DNA from: an uncultured Poribacteria bacterium
GTDB taxonomy: Bacteria > Poribacteria > WGA-4E > WGA-3G
Direction of reading: 5' to 3'
Assembly: GCA_958296135.2 (NCBI GenBank)
Contig: CATQHZ020000001.1
Coordinates: 928,001 to 992,000, forward strand
DNA length: 64,000 nucleotides
Below, one piece after another: positions 10,796 through 19,286 of this stretch; within the stretch, counting starts at the first letter, position 1, and every line of letters starts with the position of its first letter. The position numbers and the translations under genes were made by a program. The notes under the pieces are model-generated. The model did not search any database. It saw only the letters and a list, made by a program, of their open reading frames with translations, and was not told the DNA's origin.

Positions 10796-11267
10796 GATTC
10801 GGTGGCGCGTTTACCGAGCAACATTTGACACCAATGTCTTTCTGCGGACATTGTTGCAACAAGATAACCTGGCGAATTGTCTCCTCTCGCTTTGGCGTGA
10901 GGGCCGGTTTGTCCTCGTCTTATCGCGGACGATAGTTGAGGAAGTGCAGGCTGTTGCCTCACGCCCACAGCTCATGCGAAAATATCGGTACACACTGCAG
11001 GAGGTTGCCACGTTAATTAACCTCCTGACACAGCAAGCAATCATCGCTGATGTGCCGTTCTCATTTGCGTTCTGTCGAGATGAAACAGATAATAAGTTCG
11101 TCGATTGCGCCATCTTAGAGCGGGCGCAATTCTTGGTGTCGTATGATAACGACTTCTTGGATGACTCTAGACTGAAACGAGCTCTTTTTGAATTCGGGGT
11201 TGAGGTTATTAAACCACCGCTTTTCCTAGAGAAAATCCGGGGCGCGAAAAGGAGTCTATTACAATGA
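10782..11267 (+). CDS. PIN-domain toxin (PIN_3 / TIGR00305-like)
   Basis: 'ATFDTNVF', 'EEV', 'CRDETDNKFVDCA', 'LVSYDNDFL'; GTG start behind GGAGG. Confidence 0.85.
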   Translation: MNRHEIRWRVYRATFDTNVFLRTLLQQDNLANCLLSLWREGRFVLVLSRTIVEEVQAVASRPQLMRKYRYTLQEVATLINLLTQQAIIADVPFSFAFCRDETDNKFVDCAILERAQFLVSYDNDFLDDSRLKRALFEFGVEVIKPPLFLEKIRGAKRSLLQ

Positions 11268-11740
11268 TTCACATTTCAGAGCCGGTGACACTTGACAAAC
11301 TGTTGCCGCTGATTCAAAAACTGTCTGCAGGGGAACGTGAGCGGTTGCGTGAATCGCTGCTAGTCCCTGCAGCATCCGAGTGTGCCGTCGTGCGTTCCGA
11401 TGACACCGTTCCGGAGCCGCTAACGGCTGAGGTTAGAAAGGCTTTTGAATCAGTGCTTGCGGCGGTGAAGGATGAACCGGAAATGGCGCACGCGTTGCTG
11501 CGTGAGTCTCTTGACAATGCGTCGCGGCTTGATGCGGCTATCCTATTCTATCAAGAAGGTGCGGTGACGTTCGGCAAGGCTGCTAATCTTGCGGGTATCC
11601 ACCGTTTTGAGTTAGACGAGGTTTTCGCGGAAAGAGGCCTCTGGAAAATTGTTGAAGTAGGGCCACCGGAAGCATCGAAAGAGCGCATTTCGCACATCAA
11701 ACGCCTTCACAAATTGAACCGTAGGGCAGAGGAGCGGTAG
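11264..11740 (+). CDS. UPF0175-family protein (putative antitoxin)
   Basis: 'AILFYQEGAVTFGKAANLAGIHRFEL' is the UPF0175 pattern; ATGA overlap with the PIN gene. Confidence 0.7.
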   Translation: MIHISEPVTLDKLLPLIQKLSAGERERLRESLLVPAASECAVVRSDDTVPEPLTAEVRKAFESVLAAVKDEPEMAHALLRESLDNASRLDAAILFYQEGAVTFGKAANLAGIHRFELDEVFAERGLWKIVEVGPPEASKERISHIKRLHKLNRRAEER

Positions 11741-11851
11741 CGTTGGTTTTTGTGGATACCGATGCGTACGGCATTACAACGGCTCAACGCTCATGCCCCA
11801 CACCTCGTCCTCAGTCCGTTAAAATGGGCAAAAGTAGTTGAGGAAAAATTG

Positions 11852-13033
11852 ATGAAAATAACCGAAATCCAAACCGCACTCACCGAATTAAAACTTGGAG
11901 CCTGGCTCTTATACGATTTTCGAGGGATGAACCCGATTGCGCAAAATGTCGCCGGGCTCACCGATGCACATATTACTCGCCGATGGTTCTGTCTCATTCC
12001 TGCGCGAGGCGAACCGAAGTGGCTTATTCATGCTATTGAGACATCGAATTTCGTTGATGTCCCAGGGTGCATCGCGTGCTACACCGGATGGCAAGAGCTG
12101 AATGAGCAGATGGCGGCACTGCTCGCCGATGTCCGCAGCGTTGCGATGGAGTATTCGCCTCACGCGGCGATTCCTTACATTTCGCGCGTGGATGCCGGCA
12201 CGTTGGAGTGGATTCGCTCGTTCGGCGTTGAGGTCCACACGTCTGCAGATTTGGCGCAGCGCGTTGAGGCACGTCTGACTGAAGCACAAGCCGAGGGACA
12301 CCAAGCGGCGGCGCGGTTAGTATTGACCGCGAAGGACGAGGCGTTTGCGTGGATTGGCGAGCGGCTCCGCGCTGGTAAGCCAATAACGGAATATGACGTG
12401 CAGCAGTTCATTCTCCAGCGGTTTGAAGCGATGGAATTAACGACAGACCATCCGCCGATTGTCGCCGTGAATGCGAAAAGCAGCGATGCGCATTATGCAC
12501 CCACCGCAACGCAAACGCAACCTATCAAAAAAGGCGATTTCATCTTGATCGATCTGTGGGCGAAGCAGAAGGTATCGGCCTCGGTCTTCGCGGACACAAC
12601 GTGGGTAGCCTATGCAGGCACGACGGTTCCCGAGCGGTTCGTTAAAATCTTTGAGATTGTCAAGGGAGCAAGGGACAGAGCGGTGGCGTTCATCCGTGAA
12701 AAATGGGAGGCAGACGAACCGATTTACGGCTACGCCGTTGATGACTGCACGCGTGCGTATATCGCAGAAAAAGGCTACGGAGAGTTCTTTATCCACCGCA
12801 CCGGGCATAACATCGGCACGGCTATCCACGGTAACGGCGTGAATTTGGATAATCTGGAGACGCGAGACGAACGCGTACTTATTTCGGGCATCTGTTTCTC
12901 CGTTGAGCCCGGTATCTACCTTACCGAGTTTGGCGTGCGGACAGAGATTGACGTTTTTTTAGCCGGTCCAGGGAGAGACGGCGTAAAAGTGACAACCGCT
13001 CCCGTTCAAAATCAGGTATTGCCGTTGCTGTGA
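11852..13033 (+). CDS. Xaa-Pro aminopeptidase (M24 family)
   Basis: 'DAHY', 'LIDLW', 'ADTTW', 'HRTGHNIG', 'SVEPGIY', 'GVRTEID'; start at ATG 11852. Confidence 0.9.
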   Translation: MKITEIQTALTELKLGAWLLYDFRGMNPIAQNVAGLTDAHITRRWFCLIPARGEPKWLIHAIETSNFVDVPGCIACYTGWQELNEQMAALLADVRSVAMEYSPHAAIPYISRVDAGTLEWIRSFGVEVHTSADLAQRVEARLTEAQAEGHQAAARLVLTAKDEAFAWIGERLRAGKPITEYDVQQFILQRFEAMELTTDHPPIVAVNAKSSDAHYAPTATQTQPIKKGDFILIDLWAKQKVSASVFADTTWVAYAGTTVPERFVKIFEIVKGARDRAVAFIREKWEADEPIYGYAVDDCTRAYIAEKGYGEFFIHRTGHNIGTAIHGNGVNLDNLETRDERVLISGICFSVEPGIYLTEFGVRTEIDVFLAGPGRDGVKVTTAPVQNQVLPLL

Positions 13034-13769
13034 TCTGGTAGTTTCGCTTCTTCAAGTCATTGAGGATGTGGGCGAGGTAAATCCGGGCGTTAAGCAGCCA
13101 CTGTTCTGCATAAGCGGCGGCGAGGATAGGGAGCGCGGTTGCCAAGCGCGGTGCGTCAAGCAGCCACTGTTCCGCGTAAGCGGCGAAGTCTGTCTCCACC
13201 AGTCCGACGCTGCCGAGGGTGTAGACGACGTAGCGTTTGTCGGCTCGCGCTTCCTGCCGGGGCGCGAGCGGTGTTTCAAGGGTGAGACGTTTCGTGCCAT
13301 CAATTTCAAAGACCCAGAAGAAGTAGTCTTCGTTATGTGCGAGGTATCCGATTTCCACGTCAAGCCGATGTTCTGTTTCGGTGGTGAGCGGGATTACCTC
13401 CATATCGCGTTTCACCAAAATGGGGTAGATGGCGGCCAAAAATACCTGCTCGAATCCGAGGGGCCGGTGCGCGTTGTTGAGGATGTCCAGCAGAATCTGT
13501 TGTTCTTCAAGTTGGTGAAGTTCTAAGCAGCTTTTCGCAAAGACTTCATCTCGGAGTGCGCGTATTTCGGCGGGCGCGCTTGCATCCAGCGGCTGGAGTT
13601 GCTGCATCAATTTGTGGATGCGCCGGCGTTTCGGTGAGATGCGCCAGAGCGTCCAATGCCACAACGCCTGCCACGTCTCCTTTTGTAGCAATTGCCCCAG
13701 GAAGGCTCGCGTTGGAATAAAAATGCGTTCAAATAGGTTATCAGATGCAGGTTTGCGTTGTTGATTCAT
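12921..13769 (-). CDS. Hypothetical protein with a short internal repeat
   Basis: 282-aa ORF with protein-like composition; AAYAEQWLL twice; 3' end overlaps the peptidase gene. Confidence 0.55.
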   Translation of the reverse strand: MNQQRKPASDNLFERIFIPTRAFLGQLLQKETWQALWHWTLWRISPKRRRIHKLMQQLQPLDASAPAEIRALRDEVFAKSCLELHQLEEQQILLDILNNAHRPLGFEQVFLAAIYPILVKRDMEVIPLTTETEHRLDVEIGYLAHNEDYFFWVFEIDGTKRLTLETPLAPRQEARADKRYVVYTLGSVGLVETDFAAYAEQWLLDAPRLATALPILAAAYAEQWLLNARIYLAHILNDLKKRNYQITATAIPDFERERLSLLRRLSLDRLKKRQSLSARQTR

Positions 13770-13793
13770 GATTTTCGCGGGTAGTGAAAAATT

Positions 13794-13822
13794 TTGACTT
13801 TTGCCCGAGAATGTGGTATAAT
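13794..13822 (+). promoter_or_regulatory. Sigma70 promoter of tRNA-Leu(CAA)
   Basis: TTGACT-17 bp-TATAAT with extended TG. Confidence 0.85.
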
Positions 13823-13844
13823 ATACGTGCTAGCCTGCGAAAAC

Positions 13845-13929
13845 GCCGGAGTGGTGAAATCGGTAGACGCACTGGACTCAAAATCCAGCGGGCCCTAGGT
13901 CCATGTCGGTTCGAGTCCGACCTCCGGCA
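13845..13929 (+). tRNA. tRNA-Leu(CAA)
   Basis: Cloverleaf with long variable arm; anticodon arm ctgga-ctCAAaa-tccag; T-loop ggttcgagtcc. Confidence 0.95.
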
Positions 13930-14018
13930 TCCAACTGTGCGAGCGCGTAGGGCGATTTTCTGGGCACTCCCGGCATGGCGAGGGCCTGTTCCTCGTCCTA
14001 CGGCGCGCGGTTTTTTTG

Positions 14019-14810
14019 CTACATCGCTACGATTTTGCGCATCCGTTTCGCCAAATCGATTTGTGCATCCCGGTCTCCACCGACTTCATGGATGACGTAG
14101 CCGTCGTATCCGATGGTGCGAAACGCCTGCATGACAGCGGGCCAATCCGTGTCCCCTTCTAACAAATTAACGAACTGATGTGCGCCGCGCGAGAAATCCT
14201 TGAAGTGCACCCGTTTGATGCGCGAGCCGAGTTCGCGAATCCAATGTTCTGGGTAACCGTATGCCATCATGTTGGCCGTGTCCAGATAAGTTCCCACCCA
14301 ATCGCTGCCGATTTCGTCCACAATCTCCCGCATCTCCTTTGGGCTGAGCAGGAATTTGTTCCAGACGTTTTCAAGTCCGATGGCGACGCGATGGGCTTCG
14401 GCAGCAGGTGCGAGTTCGCGTAAAATCCCGATGAGGTTGTCCCAGACCTGTTGATAAATCCCTTCGGCGGTGAGTTGTCCGGGGTGCAATAAAATGCCGC
14501 CGGCTCCGAGCGCGGCTGCCACTTCGATGCCGCGGGCGAGGGAGCGTGTGCCTTTCTCACGCTCGGTTGCATCGAGGCTGAGCAGATTTCCTCTGTCGGC
14601 GTAGCCCGCCGTAATACTGCCGATATCCACACCGGCGGCTTTGCACGTCTCTGCGATATCGCGGAGTTCCGCATCGCTCATGTTAATGTCCGTGTCCTTC
14701 CCCTCGTTGAAAGTGAGTTCGACGGCATCGTAGCCGGCATCCTGACAAAGGGCTAAGGTATCGGGCAACGACATGTTTCCGAGGATGATCTGGGTAACGC
14801 CTATCTTCAT
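14019..14810 (-). CDS. Sugar phosphate isomerase/epimerase (AP endonuclease 2 TIM barrel)
   Basis: 'GYDAVEL','LENVWNKFL','DTAN','HFKD','GYDGYVIHE'; start at ATG 14810 behind AGGAG. Confidence 0.88.
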   Translation of the reverse strand: MKIGVTQIILGNMSLPDTLALCQDAGYDAVELTFNEGKDTDINMSDAELRDIAETCKAAGVDIGSITAGYADRGNLLSLDATEREKGTRSLARGIEVAAALGAGGILLHPGQLTAEGIYQQVWDNLIGILRELAPAAEAHRVAIGLENVWNKFLLSPKEMREIVDEIGSDWVGTYLDTANMMAYGYPEHWIRELGSRIKRVHFKDFSRGAHQFVNLLEGDTDWPAVMQAFRTIGYDGYVIHEVGGDRDAQIDLAKRMRKIVAM

Positions 14811-15046
14811 GTTCTCTCCTTTTCGGTGTAGAATTGCGCGGTTGTCAACGACTGAATGCAGAGGTGCCGGGTCTCGAGGCATTGTGGGCATCGCAAGGCG
14901 ACGTAGTATGCGTCGTTGAACACTGCATCGATGCATGTGGCATCTTGCGTGCCGCCTAAAAACTGGGCTTGCACCTCGTATTCGCGATGGCAATCGGGGC
15001 AGATTTGCAAGTCGTGCCCGATGTCAATTTTGTCTATCCAACTCAT
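14807..15046 (-). CDS. Small Zn-ribbon hypothetical protein
   Basis: CPDC...CPQC; stop overlaps the start of the epimerase gene. Confidence 0.6.
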   Translation of the reverse strand: MSWIDKIDIGHDLQICPDCHREYEVQAQFLGGTQDATCIDAVFNDAYYVALRCPQCLETRHLCIQSLTTAQFYTEKERT

Positions 15047-15129
15047 AAGTTCGACCCCCAAAGTTCATAAGTGCCGTAGTCGCGCGTTGGGAGTGTCCGT
15101 GTTTCGCGAGGTGCGGTTTCAAACCGCAC

Positions 15130-16455
15130 CTACGGGGTTGATGCTGCGGGAGTCTCCGGTTCGTCTGCGGGGACTAGAAATGGCTTAACCGATTTCAGGT
15201 AGCGACTCGGCACGCGCGCGTTGACGCGGACAGCCTCCGCGGCGTAGACAGTATCAAGCACGGTGCCGTGCTTATAGAGCAGATCCAAGGTTTTACCCTC
15301 CGTATAAGGGATACTGAGCTCTAGTGTAGCCCCGCGATTAACAAAACGCTGTGCCAACGCCTCCCTTAATGCCTCAATGCCGTCACCGCGTTGTGCGGAG
15401 ACAGCCAGTGCCTCTGGGTAGCGGCTCCGCAGGAGATGGAGTTCTTCTTCCGTTTCAAGCCGGTCGGTCTTGTTGAAAGCCATCAGCATTGGGATGTCGG
15501 TGGCATCCAATTCGGCGAGGACTTCATTGACAGCGTCGATCTGTGCCTCCGCCTCTGGATGGCTGACATCAACGACATGGAGCAGTAGTTCTGCTTCAAC
15601 AACTTCCTCTAGCGTTGCCTTGAATGCGGCGACGAGTTGGTGTGGCAGCTTTTTGATGAATCCGACGGTATCACTCAGCAGTATCTGCTGATTTTGCGGC
15701 AAGTTCACCTTCCGCGTGGTGGAGTCCAACGTTGCGAACAATTGGTTTTCAACGAGGACGTTTTCGCCGGTGAGCGTATTAAATAGCGTTGATTTTCCGG
15801 CGTTCGTGTAGCCGACGAGCGAGACGTTAATCTTTTCTTCTCGGCTGCGCCGCCGGACGTGCCGCCGCTTTTCTACCGTGTCTAGAGCCTTTTTGACTTG
15901 GGCGATATGTCGGCGGATCCAACGTCTGTCCATCTCAAGTTGCGTTTCGCCGGGGCCGCGGAGGTAACCTCCTCCTCCACCGCCGCCCGTTGCGAGTCGC
16001 GAGAGGTGTGTCCACATCCGCGTTAAGCGTGGTAGGGCGTATTCCAGTTGCGCTAAGGCTACCTGGAGACGTGCCTCCTTGGTCAAAGCGCGTTGTGCGA
16101 AGACTTGTAGGATGAGCCCGGTCCTATCCACGGTGGCGATATCGAGGACTTTCTCGATATTTCGCGTTTGCGCCGGTGACAGTTCTTCGTCAAAGATAAT
16201 TGCGTCTGCTTCAAGTTCTTCGGCGAGCGTTTTCAGTTCTTCAACCTTTCCTTCGCCAATAAAGTAGGTTGGGTTTGGCACATTGCGGGGCTGAATCGTC
16301 TCGCAGACAGGTTCAATGCCTGCTGTTTCAGTGAGTTGGCGCAGTTCCTGGAGCGATTCTTCTGTTTCGTGCATCAAGGCCTCTCGGAGTTTTACGCCGA
16401 CGAGGATGGCCCGTGAGGGCGGGTTGGGTGCTTGGGTATCATAAAGTTGTTGCAT
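15130..16455 (-). CDS. hflX: Ribosome-splitting GTPase HflX
   Basis: 'RGPGETQLE', GYTNAGKS, 'LFATLD', DTVGF, NKTD. Confidence 0.97.
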   Translation of the reverse strand: MQQLYDTQAPNPPSRAILVGVKLREALMHETEESLQELRQLTETAGIEPVCETIQPRNVPNPTYFIGEGKVEELKTLAEELEADAIIFDEELSPAQTRNIEKVLDIATVDRTGLILQVFAQRALTKEARLQVALAQLEYALPRLTRMWTHLSRLATGGGGGGGYLRGPGETQLEMDRRWIRRHIAQVKKALDTVEKRRHVRRRSREEKINVSLVGYTNAGKSTLFNTLTGENVLVENQLFATLDSTTRKVNLPQNQQILLSDTVGFIKKLPHQLVAAFKATLEEVVEAELLLHVVDVSHPEAEAQIDAVNEVLAELDATDIPMLMAFNKTDRLETEEELHLLRSRYPEALAVSAQRGDGIEALREALAQRFVNRGATLELSIPYTEGKTLDLLYKHGTVLDTVYAAEAVRVNARVPSRYLKSVKPFLVPADEPETPAASTP

Positions 16456-16557
16456 GGATTCTCCTTGTAAATGTTACAGAGATAGTATATCATAAAAGTG
16501 TGATATTTTCAATTAAAATCCGGTTTGGGAGAAAAACTTCATCAATTTTGATTTTTC

Positions 16558-16586
16558 TTGACATGCGTTCCATTTTTTGCTATAAT
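16558..16586 (+). promoter_or_regulatory. Consensus sigma70 promoter
   Basis: TTGACA-17 bp-TATAAT with extended TG. Confidence 0.85.
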
Positions 16587-16690
16587 TAATTTAGCAATGG
16601 TGAGCAGAGAATGGGCTATTTTTGCGGAAGTCCTGCGAATGGAGGGAATGCTCTGGCGCGGCTCCGATGCTGGCGCGAAAAAGATAGACT

Positions 16691-16753
16691 ATGGCAATCC
16701 AAAAACCGAAGAACCCTGAATTACCTGCTGGGCGATATGATATTGTATCAAAG
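16691..16753 (+). pseudogene. 5' fragment (MAIQKPKNPELPAGRYDIVSK) of an Rpn-like gene interrupted by an IS remnant
   Basis: Joins in frame to 17477 when the element is removed; 'YDIVSK' resembles Rpn N-termini. Confidence 0.55.
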
Positions 16754-17476
16754 GAGGAGAGTGCTAGAGCCCGAAAATCCGAGTAAATCGATTGAATTCT
16801 CGGTAAGTCTCGTTCATTCGTAACATATCTGATTTAAGTAGTTTTATCTCTCAGGTGAGAGGATGGCGAACGGAGCGTGAAGAACGTTTCCTGCTGCACG
16901 ATACCAAGAGGCAGGCGTAATGTCCTAACCCCCCGTGTGAAGCGTATTAAGAGTCGGTGGTGCGACTGCATCGCTGACGGTGGAGGGGGCCGTAAGTCCG
17001 ACGCGATTCCCTGCCGATTTTTGCGTAGGTTGTTTGTAATAACAAACAACCGAAGATGTGTCATTTGGCTTTCGCAAATGACACTGCGCGCGGTCGACGG
17101 CGCAGCGTATTCGCAAAGCCGAATGCGCATCTTCGGCGTTCGGTAGTCCCGAACGCCTACGCCGTCGACCGACAAAAATCGGAGAAAGGATTGTTTCGCT
17201 GCAGTATCTAGAACTACAAAGAAAACGTCGCGGCTGGTTTGACCGAGACGCAAAACGCCTGTGGAGCTCGCGTAAGACCTCGTAGTATTCGCATTTCTCC
17301 GATTTTGACGCAGTCTTATTCTGTTTACAGAATAAGACATCTTCGGAAACCTGCTTGGAAACCTTCGCAAGCATGCCTACGTCAAAATCGGCAGGTGCGT
17401 TTCGGAGGCGGTAAGTGATGAAGCAGGAACTTAGAAGTCTCGACTTATCTCGATATGTTGAGACTTCGGGGAACAG
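16752..17476 (+). mobile_element. Decayed non-autonomous IS607/TnpB-derived element
   Basis: Left end aggagga..ctag..cccgaaaatc and right end ..gtgatgaagcaggaact..gggaacag match the ends of the TnpB element at 32071..33480; AG at both termini; tnpB codon remnants. Confidence 0.8.
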
Positions 17477-17492
17477 ACTATTCACAAATTTA
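17230..17492 (+). ncRNA. Orphan TnpB omegaRNA scaffold plus flanking guide (boundaries approximate)
   Basis: Blocks gctggtttgac, aaacgcctgtggag, gtaag, ttcggaggc and gtgatgaagcaggaact are shared with the 3' end of the intact tnpB element. Confidence 0.65.
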
Positions 17493-17506
17493 TATCGGAG
17501 GCGACG

Positions 17507-17824
17507 ATGTACGAATCTTCTGTTGTTCAACACTTCTTTCAACAAGGCATTGAGCAGGGGCTCGAGCAAGGACTTGAGCAGGGACTTGAGCGGGGTGCGC
17601 GAGAGAGCCTCATTGAAGGCATTCTTGAGGCCCTAGACGTTCGATTCAATTCCGGCGTGTCGCGGACCTTGCATCCGGTGCTTGAATCGATTTCAGACTT
17701 GGAGCATCTGAAAGTTTTGCGTCGTGAAGCGTTTCAGGTCCAAAGTCTTGAAGCGTTCGCGCAGACGTTGGCGGCAAATGGCAATGGCACCGAGCCTGCG
17801 AAGAAAGCGGATACCGCAGCATAA
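17507..17824 (+). CDS. Rpn/DUF4351-type C-terminal domain protein (RpnS-like)
   Basis: 'MYESSVVQHF', (G-L/I-EQ)n repeats, 'LEALDVRF'; own GGAGG RBS. Confidence 0.75.
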   Translation: MYESSVVQHFFQQGIEQGLEQGLEQGLERGARESLIEGILEALDVRFNSGVSRTLHPVLESISDLEHLKVLRREAFQVQSLEAFAQTLAANGNGTEPAKKADTAA

Positions 17825-17987
17825 TTCCGGAAGCATCTGTCGGCAAATCTTCTTGCGGGTAGAAAGTTTTTGTATGCGTTGGCGCGGAGGCATCTGCGCC
17901 GGTTTCCATCGGATGCCGACGGCCGCAAAGGCGAGCGTCGCTTTCGCGGAGACAGCAACGTTTGCCCTAGGAGTTTGAGAAGACGTT

Positions 17988-19049
17988 ATGAATTTCACAG
18001 CAAATAACGTTCACGCAGGGATAACCATTTCCTCTACAGCTGCAGCTCGCGGTTGTGTGAGACAGATAAATGTCAACGGCAAGGACTTGCATTTGACGAT
18101 TCCGGCTGGCATTAAATCTGGACAAACCTTGTGCCTGAAGGGCCGGGGTTACTCCATCGACGGCGGAGAGCCGGGGGATTTATACGTTAAAATATCCATT
18201 CAGCCCCCTTTGACATCTCCGGAACAGAAGCGTGTGGAGTCTCAAGGTGAAGTGGAAAATGCAGTCAAGAGTTATCTATCTGGTTTGTTTCCATCTCCGT
18301 TTTCTGTTAAGCGGCAATATCCGCTTCGCATCGGTGCTAACCCTTCCAACGCCGACGTTGTGCTTTGTGACGGTGAAGGAAACCTTGCTGCTGTCGCAGT
18401 ATGCAAACGAAATGGGTTCATAGGTAACGGAATTACGCAGTTGCATGCCTACCTCGGCACAACTCATGCGCGATTCGGCATTTTTGCCAATAGCACGAGA
18501 CCCGAGTTGTGGACTTTTCACGAAAATCTGGGGCGGAATCAGTTCAAAGAGGTTCCTCGTGCTCGCTTTGAAAGTGCTGTTTTTGCGGAGCAAGAACGCC
18601 AATCGGCTCTTGAACAGCTTCAACAAAGGATTAACCTGCTAAACAAGCAAAAATCCGAGTTGGAACACGAGTCTGAGTGGCAGCAACAGCCCTCCGTGCT
18701 AGAACGGCTTAAACAGCAGACTGAGCAGTTAGAAGCCGCGAAATCCGAACTTGAAAAAGTTTTTGGCGTGAAGGCGTCGGAAGCCCTGAAATGGCTCAAG
18801 AATCTTCTTGAGGACGACGTTATCCCCGCAAGGGAAACGAGCGATGGCGATATCTACAGAACGCTGACGATTAGTTCTGCCTGCGCGAAACGGGGAGGGC
18901 GCGCAGTGATGTACGTTGGCGGAAAACAGTTGACCGTTAAAGTTCCTGCCGGCACGAAAGATGGGCAAACCTTGCGAATCCGAGGACAAGGTTACCCGAC
19001 AGTTGGCGGTGGACAGGGAGATTTGTATCTGAAAATCTCTGTCTCGTAA
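17988..19049 (+). CDS. DnaJ C-terminal domain - HsdR_N-like nuclease fold - coiled coil - DnaJ C-terminal domain protein
   Basis: 'IPAGIKSGQTLCLKGRG..GDLYVKI' and 'VPAGTKDGQTLRIRGQG..GDLYLKI' flank 'ADVVL..VCK..GITQLHAYL..FGIFAN'. Confidence 0.75.
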   Translation: MNFTANNVHAGITISSTAAARGCVRQINVNGKDLHLTIPAGIKSGQTLCLKGRGYSIDGGEPGDLYVKISIQPPLTSPEQKRVESQGEVENAVKSYLSGLFPSPFSVKRQYPLRIGANPSNADVVLCDGEGNLAAVAVCKRNGFIGNGITQLHAYLGTTHARFGIFANSTRPELWTFHENLGRNQFKEVPRARFESAVFAEQERQSALEQLQQRINLLNKQKSELEHESEWQQQPSVLERLKQQTEQLEAAKSELEKVFGVKASEALKWLKNLLEDDVIPARETSDGDIYRTLTISSACAKRGGRAVMYVGGKQLTVKVPAGTKDGQTLRIRGQGYPTVGGGQGDLYLKISVS

Positions 19050-19072
19050 ACCGGTGAGCATAGGGCAAAATT

Positions 19073-19240
19073 ATGTGGAAACACTTTCTCGTAGCATCAA
19101 TAACGGCCTTGATACTCACAGGCGTGGGTGTTATAAAGACGGATGTGTTCGTTGATGCTGCGGATGCCCTGAGCACGATGGTGTTGGTATTCATCGTAGT
19201 GTTTTTCGTAGAGAAAATTGTCAATTTCTTGTGGAAGTGA
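19073..19240 (+). CDS. Small 55-aa two-TM membrane protein
   Basis: MWKHFLVASITALILTGVGVIKTDVFVDAADALSTMVLVFIVVFFVEKIVNFLWK; fills the intergenic gap; too short for the ORF track. Confidence 0.55.
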   Translation: MWKHFLVASITALILTGVGVIKTDVFVDAADALSTMVLVFIVVFFVEKIVNFLWK

Positions 19241-19286
19241 AGAGTTGCATCAGCCAACTCAAAAATCTATTTTCAAAGGAGAATTC

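Noticed and set aside
16600-17480. Group II intron, RNase P, tmRNA or other large housekeeping ncRNA
   Set aside because: No domain V, GAGGAAAGUCC or tRNA-like ends seen; better explained by homology to the TnpB element ends
16834-17569. Minus-strand ORFs of 178 and 214 aa
   Set aside because: No recognisable motifs; they run across palindromes of the IS remnant
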